Assembly: GCA_963775425.1 (NCBI GenBank)
Contig: CAVZJB010000011.1
Location: 64,001 to 128,000, forward strand
Direction: 5' to 3'
DNA from: an uncultured delta proteobacterium
Lineage (GTDB): Bacteria; Myxococcota; UBA727; VGSZ01
Length of the DNA: 64,000 nt
Of the stretch, positions 1 through 9,339 are shown one piece after another; within the stretch, counting starts at the first letter, position 1, and the number at the start of each line of letters is the position of its first letter. Below the pieces are notes generated by a model that did no database searches, was not told where the DNA came from, and worked only from the letters and a program-made list of their open reading frames with translations. A program made the position numbers and the translations under genes.

Positions 1-1
1 G

Positions 2-328
2 CTCGCGTACGCGTCGTCGGTGAACCGCGTGCTGCTCACCTGCGGCGGCGCGGTGCTCGGCGCCGAGGCCGCCATCCGCACCGACGACGCCGTCGAGGCG
101 CTCGACCCGCTCACGCTCGACGCCGCCGACGTCGTCCGCTTCGGCGGCCGCGGCCCCTACGACGTCGTGGTCGACGACGCCGCCGGCGAGGCGTACGTCA
201 GTTTCATGGAAGACGACTCCGTCGGGCAGTTCGCGCTCACCGACGGCGGCACCCCGCCGTCACCCGCGCTGGCGCTGGTGCGCCGCATCGGCGAGCCCAC
301 CCCGAAGCCCGAGGACGGCCGCCAATGA
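2..328 (+). CDS. 3' part of a YncE-like beta-propeller protein (runs off the window start)
   Basis: The frame is open from base 2. The segment 'GRGPYDVVVDDAAGEAYVSFMEDDSVGQF' is typical of a YVTN/YncE propeller blade. The stop overlaps the next ATG (ATGA). Confidence 0.6.
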   Translation, partial: LAYASSVNRVLLTCGGAVLGAEAAIRTDDAVEALDPLTLDAADVVRFGGRGPYDVVVDDAAGEAYVSFMEDDSVGQFALTDGGTPPSPALALVRRIGEPTPKPEDGRQ

Positions 329-2194
329 CCGCCCGCGCCGTCCCGCTCGCGCTCGTGGCGTTCTCGCTGCTCGGCGTCGCCGCCAACTGTCAGCAGTGCC
401 AGCAGGCGGCGCAGGCGCGCACCGGCAACGTCGATCGGCCGGGGGACACCGTCGTCGTCACCGGCAGCGACGGCGACACCTTCATGGTGACGTCGGAGCC
501 GGAGCTCCAGCACCTGCGTGTGCTCGACCTGACCACGGGCCGCTTCGTCGACGGCCCCAACAAGTACTTCCCCGCGTCCATCGCGGTGGGGCCGGCGACG
601 CGGCGCCTGGCGGTGGCCCCCGGCGACGACACCCAGGTGTTCGCGCTCGACTCCGCCACCGATCAGAATCTTCGTCGTGCGCACGGTGACGGGCGACGGC
701 GTCCCGTGGACGCCCGTGGGCGAGCCCATCCCCACCGGCCGCGCGCCGTCGGACATCGCCGTGCTCAACGACGGCGGCACCATCGAGATCTTCGTGACGC
801 TGCCGCTCGAGGGGGCGCTGCAGGAGATCACGGTCGGCGACGGCAGCGTCACGGTGCCGCTCGGCGACGGCGCGGTGCCCACCGACGTCGCCGTCGACCC
901 GCAGGGCGACTCCATCATCGTGGGCGACGCCGCGCTCGGCGTGGTGCACGTCATCCGCCACGACGACCTCAGCCACATCGACCGCGACCTCGACGTGGGC
1001 GGGCCCACCAGCCGCGTCACCACCGGCGTCGTCGACATCGGCGACGGCCTGGCGCCGGTGGCGCTCGCGCTGCGCACGGACAAGCCGGTGGCGGTGGCCA
1101 TCAAGCTGTTCCGCGACGGCTTCCGCGAGCCGCGCTACTCGGTGCTCGGCAGCGCGGGGCTGCCGTCGTTCCCGATGACCGCCTACGTCCCCGACGAGCG
1201 CACGTCGGTGACGGTGTGCTGCAACGAGCTCACGGTGGAGGCGGTGAACGCCGGCGAGGCGAGCGACGCGTGGGCGGCCGTCGGCATGGCCAGCGGCAAG
1301 GTGCTCTACCTTCGTCTGGTGCCGCCGGTGCGGCCCTTCGACAACGACCTCGAGCCGCTCGCGCTCGGGAACGCGCCGACGTGGACGCCCGCCGGTGACG
1401 ACGAGGCCCGCATCCCCTCGGCCACGCTCACGCCGGCCGACAACTTCGGCAGCCCGCCCTTCGTGCCGCTCCTGGACGCGGACGAGACGCTGACGCTCAT
1501 CTGGGAGGGCTCGCCGCCGGGGCTCTCGTCTTTGTCGGGGACGTTGTCGTTCCCGACGTTCACGGCCACGCGCGACCTCACCGACCTCGACGCGCACGTG
1601 GGCGACGTGGCGGCGCTCACCGTCGAGAGCCCGCCCGCGGGCTGCGACACCACGTTCCAGGGGACCGCGAGCGCCATCGACGGCGACGCCGTCACCATCG
1701 ACGGCCTCACGCCCGATCAGGCGACCTGCATCGCCGGTGGCGGGACGGTGCGGCTCGCCGTCGGCGCGCTCGACGCCTTCGTCGTCTTCGACCGCGACAA
1801 CGACTACCTCGGCCGGCTCGACTTCACGGGCGACGTCGCGTTGCCCGGGGCCACGCTGTCGTTGACGGCGTCGGACGCGGGGCCGCCGCAGCACCGGGGG
1901 AGCACCCTGTCGTTGCCGCTCGATCCGCACGTGTCGCTGCTCGACCTCGACCTCTCCGATCCCTCCACCACGGTCAGCCTCGGCGGCGGCGGCTTCGGTA
2001 CGGCGGGCCTGCAGCCCGTGGCCATCGCCGGCGGCCAGATGACCATCCCGTCGCCGAGCAACGTGGCCGGCGAGACCATCGTCGCTCGCCGCATGGTGAT
2101 CGCCACGGCGTCGCCGGACTCCCTCGGCCTCAACGCGGTCTATAGCTGCGACGAAGGCGAGACCATCCCGGCCTTTTGCGGCGCCTTCCAGTGA
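325..2194 (+). CDS. Secreted/lipoprotein beta-propeller-like protein, ~622 aa, split by a +1 frameshift at 667-668
   Basis: Signal peptide ends in VAANC. ORF 325 loses coherence after 'SATDQ' and the 677 frame continues 'IFVVRTVTG'. Removing one A from CAGAATC joins them. Propeller-like motifs: GRAPSDIAV, GAVPTDVAVDPQGD. Confidence 0.75.
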
Positions 2195-2300
2195 AAGCCC
2201 TCGTCGCCACTCGCGGCGCTCTCGATGACGCGGATCCTACGCGTCAGCCTCTGCGCTGAAGCGCGGCGCGAGCTTCGCGGCGTGACGACGACGGCGCGCA

Positions 2301-3488
2301 TCAGCCCGCGCCGTCGCCGCGCCGCTCCCATGCCTGGAGCAGGGCGGCGGCGGCGCGGTCGACGTCAGCGTCGCTCGTGGTGCGGCCGAGGGTGAGCCGC
2401 ACCGGGCGCGCGCCGTCGTCGCCGCCGTCCTCGTGGCACGCCGAGCCGGTGGACGCGGGGACGCCGGGGCAGGCGGCGAGCAGCGCGGCACCGCTGACGC
2501 CGGGGAAGCGCAGGAGCAACGTGTTCGGCAAGGACGGGCCGTCGTGCGGCGCGCCTTCGCGGACGAGGCCGGGGACGGCGGCGGCGAGGGCGGCGAAGAG
2601 GCGATCGCGCAGGGCGCTCTGCCGGCGCATCTCGACGTCGAGCGTGCGCGCGGCGACGGCGCAGGCGGCGCCGAGGGCGGCGATGGAGCCGACGTTCTCG
2701 GTGCCGGGCCGGCGGCCGCCCTCGTGGCCGGCGCCGCGGACGAGCGGCTCGAGCGTCACGCCGGAGCGCACCACGAGCGCGCCGACGCCCTTGGGCGCGC
2801 CGAGCTTGTGTCCAGCGATGCTCAGGAGGTCGACGTCGAGCGCGCGCACGTCGACGGGGATCTTGCCCACGGACTGCGCGCCGTCGGCGTGCACCACCAC
2901 CACCGGCGCTCCCTCGACGCGCGGCGCCCCCTCGAGCCGGCGGGGCGGCTCGTCCGCCGCCGGCGCGGCGAACGCGGCGCGAGCGAGCCGGGCGACGCCG
3001 GCGACGGGCTGGATGGCGCCGGTCTCGTTGTGCGCGTGGATGAGGGTGACGAACACGCCGGCGTCGCCGGCGGCGAGGGCGGCGAGGGCGCGCTCGACGT
3101 CGTCGAGGCGGACGCGGCCGGCGGCGCCGCCGTCGACGCGGAGCACCCGGCGGCCGCTTTCTTCGAGCCAACGGACGACGGCGGCGGTGGCGGGGTGCTC
3201 CATGGTCGAGGTGAGGACCGGCAGCCCGCCCGAGGCGCCGCGCACGGCGAGGTTGTTCGCCTCGGTGCAACCCGACGTGAACACCACCTCCGCGGGCGCG
3301 GCGCCGACGAGCCCGGCGACCTGCGCGCGCGCCTCCTCGACGAAGCCGCGCGCCCTCTTGCCGTAGACGTGCGCGCTCGACGGGTTGGCGAAGCCCTCGC
3401 GCGTCGCCCGGGTGAGCGCCTCGAGCGCCTCGGGGACGAGCGGCGTGCTCGCGTTGTGGTCGAGGTAGACGGCGTCGTCGTCGGTCAT
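2301..3488 (-). CDS. iscS: Cysteine desulfurase (IscS/NifS family, PLP class V aminotransferase)
   Basis: Motifs YLDHNASTP, NPSS, HNETG, DGAQSVGK, SIAGHK, RPGTEN and STGSAC. The start is MTDDD at 3488. Confidence 0.9.
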   Translation of the reverse strand: MTDDDAVYLDHNASTPLVPEALEALTRATREGFANPSSAHVYGKRARGFVEEARAQVAGLVGAAPAEVVFTSGCTEANNLAVRGASGGLPVLTSTMEHPATAAVVRWLEESGRRVLRVDGGAAGRVRLDDVERALAALAAGDAGVFVTLIHAHNETGAIQPVAGVARLARAAFAAPAADEPPRRLEGAPRVEGAPVVVVHADGAQSVGKIPVDVRALDVDLLSIAGHKLGAPKGVGALVVRSGVTLEPLVRGAGHEGGRRPGTENVGSIAALGAACAVAARTLDVEMRRQSALRDRLFAALAAAVPGLVREGAPHDGPSLPNTLLLRFPGVSGAALLAACPGVPASTGSACHEDGGDDGARPVRLTLGRTTSDADVDRAAAALLQAWERRGDGAG

Positions 3489-3618
3489 CGTGCGCCAAGG
3501 ATCCCAGACGGCGCCCGAGGGGGCCAGCCCTTTCCGCCTGGCCCGCGGCGCGGCCGTTCGCCCCGGCCGTCGACCCCGTCGCTGTGGAGCGCGCCGTCGA
3601 CGGAGGTAGATTCGTGCC

Positions 3619-4713
3619 ATGGGGCTTTGGCAGGACATCTTCGGCGAGAGCAAGCGCGAGGTCTGGCAGCGGCTCGCTGCCCAGCTCGGCGGCGCGTTCG
3701 TCGAGGGGCGCTGGGCCCACCCCGACGAGGTGCGCGCGCAGCTCGGCGGCTTCGACATCGTCCTCGACACGTACACGGTGTCGACGGGGAAGTCGTCGCA
3801 GACCTTCACGCGGATGCGCGCGCCGTTCGTCAACGCGCGCGGGCTCCGCTTTCACGTGCACCGCGCGTCCATCTTCTCCGGCATCGGCAAGGCGTTCGGC
3901 CAACAGGACATCGAGATAGGTGACGCCGCCTTCGACGCCGACTTCGTCATCCAGGGCAACGACGTCGACAAGGTGAAGAACGTCCTCGGCGACCCCACGC
4001 TGCGCGCGCTCCTCATGGCGCAGCCGCGCATGCGCGTGGAGATCAAGGACGACGAGGGCATGTTCGGCCGCGACTACGCCTCCGGCGTCGACGTGCTCCA
4101 CTTCATCGAGAGCGGCGTCATCCGCGACGACCGCCGGCTCGCGCAGCTCTTCTCGCTGTTCGCCGCGCTCCTGCAGGCGTTCGCCCGCGACAGCAGCTTC
4201 TTCCTCGAGGCGCCGCCCGCGGAGCTGCCGGCGGCCTTCCAACGCATGGTCGAGCACGTCGTCGAGGGTTGGGGTGGCGACGTCGAGCGCGTGGGCGACG
4301 TCGTGGAGGCGCGGCTCGACGACGCCCGCGGCGTGGTCGGCCCCGCCGCGCTGCGCGTGGCCATCCCCGCGCTCCCCGCGCTCACCACGCACATCGACCT
4401 GCGCGCGCCGTTGCCGGCGTCCAACGCGGTGTTCACGGTGGACAAGCGCGGGTTGCTCGACGTCGGCGATCTCAAGGTCGGTGACCTCGAGCTCGACGCG
4501 GCCGTGGTGATTCGGGGAAGGAGCGAAGCTGCGGGCGCCGTCGCCGCCGTCGCGCGCGCGCTCAAGACGCTCGCGCCCTACGCGCCGAAGCTCGATGCGC
4601 GCGCGGACGCGCTGCACCTCGAGCTCGCCCTGGCGGCCGCGGCGGCCCCGGCGGCCCTCGGCGCCACGCTCGACGCGTGGCAGGAGCTCGTCAGGGCGCG
4701 AACGACCTCGTAG
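3619..4713 (+). CDS. Hypothetical protein, DUF3137-like N-domain plus a diverged internal duplicate
   Basis: RBS GGAGG at ~3602. 'QDIEIGDAAFDADFVIQG' is echoed by 'GDLKVGDLELDAAVVIRG' in the second half. Confidence 0.65.
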   Translation: MGLWQDIFGESKREVWQRLAAQLGGAFVEGRWAHPDEVRAQLGGFDIVLDTYTVSTGKSSQTFTRMRAPFVNARGLRFHVHRASIFSGIGKAFGQQDIEIGDAAFDADFVIQGNDVDKVKNVLGDPTLRALLMAQPRMRVEIKDDEGMFGRDYASGVDVLHFIESGVIRDDRRLAQLFSLFAALLQAFARDSSFFLEAPPAELPAAFQRMVEHVVEGWGGDVERVGDVVEARLDDARGVVGPAALRVAIPALPALTTHIDLRAPLPASNAVFTVDKRGLLDVGDLKVGDLELDAAVVIRGRSEAAGAVAAVARALKTLAPYAPKLDARADALHLELALAAAAAPAALGATLDAWQELVRARTTS

Positions 4714-4740
4714 GCGGGCACTCGCCCGCCTGCGCGGGCG

Positions 4741-5259
4741 TTACATCAGGCCCTTTTGCCTCTTGAGCGCGGCGACCACGCGCGGGTACTCGATCTCCCA
4801 CTCGGGGGTGCCCTCGCGCAGGTTCTTCAGGCGGTTGCGGGCTTCCTTGTCGAGCTCCTCGTCGACGCCGGTGTACTTCTCGAACACCGTCTTCATGAAG
4901 AGCCGCAGATCTTTGTCTTCGGCGTAGACCTCGGCGATGTTCTTGGAGGAGAACAGCGCCTCGAGCATCTGATCGAGCACGAACTCGATGCCGTCGTCAC
5001 CGAGCTTGAAGCCGCGGGCCTCGGCGAGCGACTTCTTCACCTGGGTGAAGCGCTCCTGGGAGAAGCCACGCCGGGCCATGGTCTCCTTGGTCTCGGCGAT
5101 GATGCGCTCTTCCTCGTTCATGTACTCGACCATCACAGCGGCCAGGTCCAGCTCGGCCTCGTCCATGCGGCCGTCCTCGACCTCGATCTCGTTCTTGCTG
5201 TGAAGCGTGCGCACGATCTCGCGCGCGATCTTCGGGATGATCTTTCGATAGAGCCGCAT
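4741..5259 (-). CDS. DUF507 family protein
   Basis: MRLY...I start and C-terminal 'EELDKEARNRLKNLREGTPEWEIEY...KRQKGL', as in myxobacterial DUF507 proteins. RBS GGAG. Confidence 0.8.
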   Translation of the reverse strand: MRLYRKIIPKIAREIVRTLHSKNEIEVEDGRMDEAELDLAAVMVEYMNEEERIIAETKETMARRGFSQERFTQVKKSLAEARGFKLGDDGIEFVLDQMLEALFSSKNIAEVYAEDKDLRLFMKTVFEKYTGVDEELDKEARNRLKNLREGTPEWEIEYPRVVAALKRQKGLM

Positions 5260-5341
5260 AGTCCACTCCTAGAGACCTCCGAAACCGGAGGCCATCAAAC
5301 GATGGATTCTCTGGGGAGGCCCGACGCCTAAAGACACAGGG

Positions 5342-5369
5342 ATCGTACTGATCGGCGCTCGCGCGTCAA
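5342..5369 (-). promoter_or_regulatory. Candidate sigma70 promoter for the DUF507 gene
   Basis: Minus strand TTGACG-N16-TACGAT, about 80 nt upstream of the ATG. Confidence 0.4.
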
Positions 5370-5382
5370 CGCAAAAAGTGGG

Positions 5383-5793
5383 TCATCCGGTCACGACGAC
5401 GCTGATCCGGCGTCGGTGTGGCGCGCTCCGATGCTCCCAGAGGTAGACCGCCTGCCACGTGCCGAGGTCGAGGCGCCCACCGGCGACGGGGATGCCGAGC
5501 GACGTCGACGTCAGCGCCGTGCGCACGTGAGCGCTCATGTCGTCGGGCCCCTCGTCGGTGTGGCGAAAGAGCGGGTCACCATCCACGACCAGCCGCGACA
5601 AGTACGCTTCGAGATCGAGGAGCACGGTGGGGTCCGCGTTCTCGTTGACGATCAACGAAGCGCTCGTGTGGTGGATGAAGACGGTGCAGAGCCCCTCGCG
5701 CACTCCGCTCCTGGCGACGACGCCGTCGACGTCGCTGGTGACGTCGACGAGCGAGCGCCCGTGGGTCTGTGTGAAGAAGCTCTCCCGCAGCAC
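5383..5793 (-). CDS. yjbQ: YjbQ/UPF0047 family (secondary thiamine-phosphate synthase)
   Basis: Motifs HTSASLIVNENADP, HTDEGPDDMSAH and LGTWQAVYLWEHR. Confidence 0.9.
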   Translation of the reverse strand: MLRESFFTQTHGRSLVDVTSDVDGVVARSGVREGLCTVFIHHTSASLIVNENADPTVLLDLEAYLSRLVVDGDPLFRHTDEGPDDMSAHVRTALTSTSLGIPVAGGRLDLGTWQAVYLWEHRSAPHRRRISVVVTG

Positions 5794-5838
5794 CCGGCAT
5801 GTCTGCCGGCTCCCCGCGCCACGGTCAATCCGCGCCGG

Positions 5839-6177
5839 TCACGGGGCGAGGCGCGCGTGGACGAAGACGAGCTCCAGCTCGTCGTGCGCGGCGAAGCCGT
5901 GCGCGGCGCCGGCGCGCACGTCGATGGCGTCGCCGACGGCGGCGCGGCGGGTGGTGCCGTCCACGGTGATGAGCCCGGAGCCGCGAACCACGACGATGAT
6001 GACGTCGTCGGGGGAGCGGTGCTCGTGAAGCGGCGCGTTCGGCGGGACGACCAGGCGCGCGACGCGGAGGTTCTGCCGGGAGAGCACGATCTCGCCGTGC
6101 TCGCGGGCGCCCGGCGCGTTCGGCACGCGCGGCGGCGCGAGCGGAACCGGGGCAGGAGATGACGATGCGCTGGCCAT
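5839..6177 (-). CDS. Cupin domain protein
   Basis: Cupin motifs HEHRS...VVRGSG and GDAIDVRAGAAHG. RBS AGGAG before the ATG at 6177. Confidence 0.8.
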   Translation of the reverse strand: MASASSSPAPVPLAPPRVPNAPGAREHGEIVLSRQNLRVARLVVPPNAPLHEHRSPDDVIIVVVRGSGLITVDGTTRRAAVGDAIDVRAGAAHGFAAHDELELVFVHARLAP

Positions 6178-6217
6178 GGGGACTCCTGTCGTCGTCGTAA
6201 CGCGACGGGAGCGACGT

Positions 6218-6233
6218 TGCATCGCGCATGCCC
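6218..6233 (-). promoter_or_regulatory. Candidate sigma54 -24/-12 element upstream of the cupin gene
   Basis: Minus strand GGGCATGCGCGATGCA (GG-N10-GC), about 40 nt upstream of the start. Confidence 0.3.
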
Positions 6234-6335
6234 CGTCGACGCCGCTGCGCGTCGCGCGCCGCTTGGTGGGGCGAGGCGCGACGCCTGGGCGAGCGCGCGC
6301 GGCGCCGGTTGCGCTTTGGCGCAGAGGACCGGCGT

Positions 6336-6872
6336 TCAGCTCGTGGTGGGCAAGCGCACGACGCGAATGCGCACGCGGATGACGCCGCGGTTGAGCATGT
6401 GGAGGTCGCGCGCGACGCGGCGCGAGACGTCGAGCAGACGACCGTCGACGTAGGGGCCGCGATCGTTGACACGACAGTGCGAACGCTTGCCGGTGGCGAC
6501 GTCCTCGATGACGAGCACGGTGCCGAAGGGCAGGGAGCGGTGCGCGCACGTGGCCTTCTCGGGGTTGTACTTCTCGCCGTTGGCCGTCATCCGGCCCGCG
6601 AGGGAGTCGTGGTAGTAGCTCGCGCGGCCCTCGGTCACGATGGGCGCCGTGAGCTCCTGCTGCGCGCGCGCGTCATCACCTGCGTCGTCGTCACCGTCGT
6701 CCTCGTCCTCCGCCTCGGCGCGCGCCACGGCGCCCGGCGACGGCGCGGCCGCTCTGTGATGCCGGTGGTGGTGGTGATGCCGGGGCAGAGCGCGCTCCGC
6801 GCTCTGAGCCGTGGCACAAGCGCCGGCGCCGACGAGGAGCGCGAGCACGAGGAGCAGCAAGAGCGAACGCAT
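6336..6872 (-). CDS. rlpA: RlpA family septal ring lytic transglycosylase (DPBB) lipoprotein
   Basis: Lipobox GAGAC, then GRASYY, TANGE, AHRSLPFGT and VNDRGPY...LDVS. The linker is His-rich and acidic. Confidence 0.9.
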   Translation of the reverse strand: MRSLLLLLVLALLVGAGACATAQSAERALPRHHHHHRHHRAAAPSPGAVARAEAEDEDDGDDDAGDDARAQQELTAPIVTEGRASYYHDSLAGRMTANGEKYNPEKATCAHRSLPFGTVLVIEDVATGKRSHCRVNDRGPYVDGRLLDVSRRVARDLHMLNRGVIRVRIRVVRLPTTS

Positions 6873-7054
6873 GGCGCGCGTGGTAGCGCCGCGATCCCGA
6901 TCCGTCGACGGGGCGCGACGGAGATCTCACGCCGCGCCGCGTCGTTTGCATCCGCCGTTCGCCGGAGCCGAGCGGTGTCACCACCGACGCGGCGTTCGCT
7001 GTCGGCTGACGACGACGCCGCGCCGCACGCGTCGACGCCGGCGACGGATCGACG

Positions 7055-8071
7055 TCACGGGGCGACGATGCGGCCCGGGGCGCCGTTGGCGCCGCTCTGC
7101 GTATGGCAGTGCAGACAGTTGCCGTCGCTCTGCGGCGTCGCCATCGCGACGGTGCGGCCGCCCGACGTCACGCGCGCGGTGTACGGCAGTCGATTCGCCG
7201 CGAGACCGTTGCGCGCGTAGAAGTTGCCCGCCGCGTTCGATTGCATCGTCGCCGCGACCACGCCGTTGTTGTCGAGGATCTCGACCGTGACGCCTTCGAC
7301 GCCGAGGCAGTCGTTTACGTCGTCGACGGCGGACATCACCGTGCCGGCGATGGCGAAGCGCGGGCCCTCGCCCTCGCCGCTCCTGTGGCAACCGATGCAG
7401 TCCACGCCCGGGTGCATGAGCGCCGACTCCTCGTTGCCGCCGTTCCACCACGCGCCGGAGCTGCACTGGCCGGCGCCCCCGCCGCTGCTCGTGAAGCCGC
7501 CGCCGCCCTCGCCGCCGCGCGGCCCGTCCTCGGAGAACCCGAGCGGCACGCCGCAGCCGGCGAGCGCGCCGGCGCCGAGGACGAGCGCCCCGAGCTTCGT
7601 GACGCCGCGCCGCGAGCGCCGGCGGAACAAGAGCGCGAGCAGTCCGAGGGGCAACGCGAACCAGGAGCTCGACGCCGTCGACGCGCAGCCGTACTGCACC
7701 GGGCCCGCCGCGCCGGCGACCGTCCCTCCTCCGCCCGCGCCGCCGCCCGCTCCGCCGCCGCCGGCGTCGGCGACGTTCGGATCGGTGCCGGCGTGCAGCT
7801 CGTTGACGTCGCTGACGCCGTCGCCGTCGCTGTCGGTGCCGTCGCGATCGAGGGCGTCGATGGCGCTCTGCAGCGCCTGCGGATCTTCGGCGACGAGCCC
7901 GCGCGCGATGAGCGCTCGCGCGAACGGCTTCTGCGCCGTGCCCGCGCTGCCGACGGCGCTTTGGTGGCAGAGATTGCAGGAGGGAGCGTTGTTGAGCATC
8001 AAGTAGCTCTGCAGGTCGCCCGGGAATTGCGGGCTGGCGGACAGGAGCAGCGTGACGACGAGCGGGTGCAT
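7055..8071 (-). CDS. Fused c-type cytochrome: monoheme/TSP3 domain + MYXO-CTERM-like anchor + second lipoprotein-like diheme domain
   Basis: Three CxxCH motifs (CNLCH, CIGCH, CLHCH) and a DSDGDGVSD...GTDPN Ca-binding repeat. Internal 'GCAST...FALPLGLLALLFRRRSRR' is followed by 'LGALVLGAGALAGC'. Confidence 0.75.
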   Translation of the reverse strand: MHPLVVTLLLSASPQFPGDLQSYLMLNNAPSCNLCHQSAVGSAGTAQKPFARALIARGLVAEDPQALQSAIDALDRDGTDSDGDGVSDVNELHAGTDPNVADAGGGGAGGGAGGGGTVAGAAGPVQYGCASTASSSWFALPLGLLALLFRRRSRRGVTKLGALVLGAGALAGCGVPLGFSEDGPRGGEGGGGFTSSGGGAGQCSSGAWWNGGNEESALMHPGVDCIGCHRSGEGEGPRFAIAGTVMSAVDDVNDCLGVEGVTVEILDNNGVVAATMQSNAAGNFYARNGLAANRLPYTARVTSGGRTVAMATPQSDGNCLHCHTQSGANGAPGRIVAP

Positions 8072-8078
8072 GGGTGCC

Positions 8079-9260
8079 TCAGAGGTATGCGTGCAGTTGG
8101 AGGATCACGGCGAGCTCTCCCGCCGGCTTGCCGAGAGAGGGGAAGCTCTCGCGGTAAAGGGTGTCGAAGCGAAGCTCGGTGTGCGGCAGCGCGTACCAGG
8201 CGACCCCGGCCCACGCTCCGAACGTCGGCAACGACATGGTGCCGTCGGCGCGGTAGAGCGTTTCAAGCGCGGGCATGACGTGCACGCCCGGGATCACACT
8301 CCAGTCCGCCTGCAGGAACGCGGCGCTGCCGAGCGTGTCGTTGTTGATGAGGAGATCGCCTTCGCCGAGGAGCGCGAGCGTGTCGAGCGGCGCGTAGCGG
8401 GCGAAGACGCCGTGCGCCTGGCGCAACACTGGCACGCCGAGGTTGATGTCCTGTTGCGCGTACGTGACGAGGCTCGACGCGCCCACGCCGAGCTTGTCCG
8501 CGGGGAACAGCTCGACGCTGCCCGCGTAGCCCCGCTCGCGCACGGCGTCGGGGCGGATCTGATAGTTGCCGGCGATGCCCATCACCTCCGCGCGCAGGAG
8601 GTCGTTGGCGAAGGAGACGGAGACGCCGTGTTGCTGCCCGGTGTTGAAGTCGGTGCGTGTCTCGCTGCGCACGAAGCTGCTGTGCTCGACGTTGCGCAGG
8701 CCGAACGGCAGCGGCATGCGGCCGACGCGGAGCATGAGCGAGTCGTCGAAGAGCTTGAGCCCGAGCCAATGCTCGCGCGAGACGAGCGCGTTGTCGGGGC
8801 CGCCGTTCGGCGACCACAACACGGCGGGACCCACGGCGTGGGCGCCGTAGCCGAGCGAGGCGTGCGCGACGAACGGCGAGAGGTCGACGGTGGCCTCCGC
8901 GTCGAGGGCCATGACCAGCGGGTAGACGGCGACGGTCTGCGTGGCGAGCAGGAGGCCGCCGCCGCGGACGTTGGCGGAGACGTTCAACCACTCCGGCATT
9001 TGCGCGAGGCCGAAGAGCTGCTGGGACAAAGCAGACGGCTCGTCACCGGCCTCGGCGGGATCCGCGTGCCAGCGCACGAGGAGATCGCTCATGCCGCGGC
9101 CGTAGGCGGTGAGCTGTCCCGCGCCGCCGGGATCGACGTGGCAAGACGCACAGCTCGTGTAGCCGTGTGCGATCATCCACGGGTACGCCGTCGCCGGGCG
9201 TGCGGCGAACGCCATGACGACAGTGGCGATGAGGACGGCGGGTGTGAGTGCGGCGCGCAT
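8079..9260 (-). CDS. Cytochrome c-porin fusion (Cyc2-like outer-membrane beta-barrel with an N-terminal heme motif)
   Basis: Signal peptide, then YPWMIAHGYTSCASCH...QLTAYGR, then amphipathic strands (GRMPLPFGL) and a terminal strand LQLHAYL. Confidence 0.7.
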   Translation of the reverse strand: MRAALTPAVLIATVVMAFAARPATAYPWMIAHGYTSCASCHVDPGGAGQLTAYGRGMSDLLVRWHADPAEAGDEPSALSQQLFGLAQMPEWLNVSANVRGGGLLLATQTVAVYPLVMALDAEATVDLSPFVAHASLGYGAHAVGPAVLWSPNGGPDNALVSREHWLGLKLFDDSLMLRVGRMPLPFGLRNVEHSSFVRSETRTDFNTGQQHGVSVSFANDLLRAEVMGIAGNYQIRPDAVRERGYAGSVELFPADKLGVGASSLVTYAQQDINLGVPVLRQAHGVFARYAPLDTLALLGEGDLLINNDTLGSAAFLQADWSVIPGVHVMPALETLYRADGTMSLPTFGAWAGVAWYALPHTELRFDTLYRESFPSLGKPAGELAVILQLHAYL

Positions 9261-9339
9261 GGGTTGCCTCGGCGTGCGCAATCAACGCGCGACGTCGAAA
9301 CATGTTGGCGGTGAGGCCGAGAGTGCTTATCCGCTAAGT

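Noticed and set aside
5791-5800. Out-of-frame ATG 7 nt upstream of the yjbQ GTG start (possible 1-nt indel)
   Set aside because: The GTG start already gives a full-length YjbQ. It cannot be decided without reads.
6898-7051. Imperfect inverted repeat (CGATCCGTCG...CGACGGATCG) bracketing the rlpA-cytochrome intergenic region, a possible MITE
   Set aside because: Only ~10 bp match in very GC-rich DNA, with no target duplication or second copy seen.
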